Source of the DNA: a virus | Taxonomy: Duplodnaviria > Caudoviricetes | DNA length: 36,274 bases | Reading direction: 5' to 3' (one strand) | Virus record (IMG/VR): IMGVR_UViG_3300037422_000301 | Span: 1 to 36,274 of that record | Shown here: positions 34,558-36,274 of the stretch, piece after piece | How the letters are laid out: each line of letters opens with the position of its first letter | How positions within the stretch are numbered: the stretch's first letter is position 1 | Made by a program: the position numbers and the translations under genes | The notes under the pieces: model-generated | The model's input: the letters and a program-made list of their open reading frames with translations, nothing else | What the model was told of the DNA's origin: nothing | Databases searched by the model: none

Positions 34558-35465
34558 TGCGCACCCTCCTTCCGTGGCATCGGCCAGGCGAGGCGGGCAA
34601 TTTCATCAAGCCCTGCGTCGTCCCACAGTGGCGGCGGCGTGTATTCGGGTGGCGGGGCGACCGATGCGACAACGCGATGGAACACCTCGCGCGCGCTGTC
34701 GATCTTGCGCCCGACCTTCGGGCCGATCACCAGCGTGCGCTTGACGCCCTCCATCACCGCGCGCAGCAACGCGGGCGATGCACCGGCGGTGAGATCGGCC
34801 AGCAGGTCGGTGTCATCGTCGGGCGGATCGAAGGGCGCAAGATACCGCTTGATGATGGCGAACCGCTCGTCCGTAGTCGGAAGATCGACCGAGATTTGCA
34901 TATCGAAGCGCCGCCACAGTGCGGGATCGAGGTGATCCTGGCGATTGGTCGCGGCAAGGGCGACTCCGTTGAACCGCTCGATCCTACGCAGAAGCACATT
35001 GAGCGAGTTCGCGCGTTCAACCGACGCGCCCTGGTCGTTCATGCGCTTGCCGCCCAGGGCGTCAACCTCATCGAAGAAGATGACGACCTTGCCCTCGGTC
35101 TTCGCCATGGCATCGAACAGTTGGCCGATATTCGAGCCCGTTGATCCGAGGTAGGATGAAATCAGGCTTTCGGAACGGACACAGGCGAGCGGAAGCCCCA
35201 GGCGCGCTGCGAAATGGTGCGCGAATGTGGTCTTGCCGCAGCCCGGCGGGCCGAAGAGAAGCGCCGAGCGCCGTGGCTTGATGCCTACGTCCTTGAGCTC
35301 ATCGGCCGCCCGGATTTCAGTGAGCCACTCGAACAGCGCCGCGCGAACTGCGGGGGCAAGGATCGGCTCCTCGGCATCCCTTGGCATGAGCACGTCGGCG
35401 AACTTGGAAAGCGCGCCCTTGACGTCGTCTTCGGCAAGGCGCTGGCTGAAAGGCGGGCGGCTCAT
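34554..35465 (-). CDS. AAA+ ATPase
   Basis: Walker A GPPGCGKT, Walker B IFFDEVD, second region of homology ATNR...LDPALWRRFD. Confidence 0.9.
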   Translation of the reverse strand: MSRPPFSQRLAEDDVKGALSKFADVLMPRDAEEPILAPAVRAALFEWLTEIRAADELKDVGIKPRRSALLFGPPGCGKTTFAHHFAARLGLPLACVRSESLISSYLGSTGSNIGQLFDAMAKTEGKVVIFFDEVDALGGKRMNDQGASVERANSLNVLLRRIERFNGVALAATNRQDHLDPALWRRFDMQISVDLPTTDERFAIIKRYLAPFDPPDDDTDLLADLTAGASPALLRAVMEGVKRTLVIGPKVGRKIDSAREVFHRVVASVAPPPEYTPPPLWDDAGLDEIARLAWPMPRKEGAQ

Positions 35466-36082
35466 GCTTCACCGCCTTCCGGCTTGCCATCACCCTCCGG
35501 CTTCTCGTCGCCATCCGGCCGCTTCTTTTTCTTGTCGGCGCGGCGCCAGGCAGCGGGAATTTCCATGCCGTCCGATCCGGTCTCCGCACACCAGCCTTCG
35601 TCCCATGCCGCCCTGCGCGGATCGCCCGCCGTATAAGGGTTGTCGATGATGCGCTTGCCTTCCATTGCCGCGGCGCGGCCCGAGGCGCGGGCTTCATCTA
35701 GGTTGGCTTCCGGCTCCGGCACCGGGGATTCAGGCGTGAGTTCCGTATCGCCCTCGGGCGCGCCGCCCGCAGGCGGCGAGGGTGGCTTCGGCATCAATCG
35801 CTTGCGCGCGGCCTCGCCGAGCGGCGTGCCGTTCAGCATTCCAAGCGCCGCGCGATACATTTCGCAAAGCGCCTGGAATTCCTCGCGCTCGGCTGACGAC
35901 AACTTCCGTTCACGGAGCATCTGGTTAAAGACCTTGCCGTCAAAGCCCGTGCCTTTCGCGCTGGCTTTGACCGCCTTGATCTTCTGGGCAATTTCCTGCT
36001 TCTCGACTTCGAGGCGTTCGACTTCCTCGATGAAGCCGATCAGCATGTCAGCGGCCGCGCCGCCATTGTGTCCCGTGTCCAT
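35462..36082 (-). CDS. GapR/DUF2312 DNA-binding domain fused to Rmf/CrpP-like motif
   Basis: L..FIE.VERLE.EK..I...IK.V...AK..GFD.K and Y..ALGM. C-terminal G..A...G.....NPY...D.R...W.EGW. Confidence 0.78.
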   Translation of the reverse strand: MDTGHNGGAAADMLIGFIEEVERLEVEKQEIAQKIKAVKASAKGTGFDGKVFNQMLRERKLSSAEREEFQALCEMYRAALGMLNGTPLGEAARKRLMPKPPSPPAGGAPEGDTELTPESPVPEPEANLDEARASGRAAAMEGKRIIDNPYTAGDPRRAAWDEGWCAETGSDGMEIPAAWRRADKKKKRPDGDEKPEGDGKPEGGEA

Positions 36083-36084
36083 GA

Positions 36085-36274
36085 TCAGAACTCCGTCTCA
36101 TGGGCGGGATCAGCTGCAGCGGGCTTTGCCGCCGGCGGCGCAACATGAGTGGCGCCCGAGGGCCTGGAGGCGGATGCCGCCGCGCTCGTCGCCTTCCAAA
36201 CATCGGCTTCGTCAACGGGTGAGGCGTCAGGCATTTCGGGCGGCCGGTCGGTGAATTTCACAAGCTCGAACTTG
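36085..36274 (-). CDS. Partial (3' end) putative phage ssDNA-binding protein
   Basis: Manual translation: KFELVKFTDRPPEMPD...APPAAKPAAADPAHETEF*. The flexible tail ending in acidic residues plus Phe is SSB-like. Confidence 0.45.
   Translation of the reverse strand, partial: KFELVKFTDRPPEMPDASPVDEADVWKATSAAASASRPSGATHVAPPAAKPAAADPAHETEF

Larger units (their letters stand above)
2466..36274 (-). mobile_element. Prophage (siphovirus-like; lambda-type head, GTA-like tail tip), extends beyond right edge
   Basis: Co-oriented, often stop/start-overlapping replication, packaging, head, tail and lysis genes in canonical order. No att site or integrase seen, so the left boundary is uncertain and may include 345-2485. 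Confidence 0.95.

Noticed and set aside
34554-35465. AAA ATPase as part of an IetAS-like ATPase/S8 protease defence pair
   Set aside because: No S8 peptidase nearby, and the gene is embedded in the phage replication operon.

Overview
A GC-rich alphaproteobacterial prophage fills most of the window, almost all on the minus strand and continuing past the right edge. No integrase or repressor is visible. Right to left it carries: replication genes (GapR-like protein, AAA ATPase, RepB-type primase-helicase, an iteron/IHF origin-like array, RuvC-like resolvase, DUF6362 regulator); a lambda-like cos region; a ParB / SAM-dependent transferase / PLP-enzyme cluster; a lambda-type head; a siphovirus tail with a -1 frameshifted chaperone and a GTA-like tail tip; and lysis genes. 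The left end holds a C5 DNA methyltransferase apparently encoded as two polypeptides in overlapping frames, the nested one carrying six tandem 'PTP' modules. Beyond it is a divergently arranged type I Thoeris system (thsA SIR2-SLOG, thsB TIR), bracketed by a 97-bp direct repeat of the methyltransferase 3' end. The best candidates for new biology are the ParB-'CPPY' transferase-PLP DNA-modification module, the dual-frame modular methyltransferase, and the methyltransferase-tail-anchored defence cassette. All product calls come from motif recognition, not database searches.
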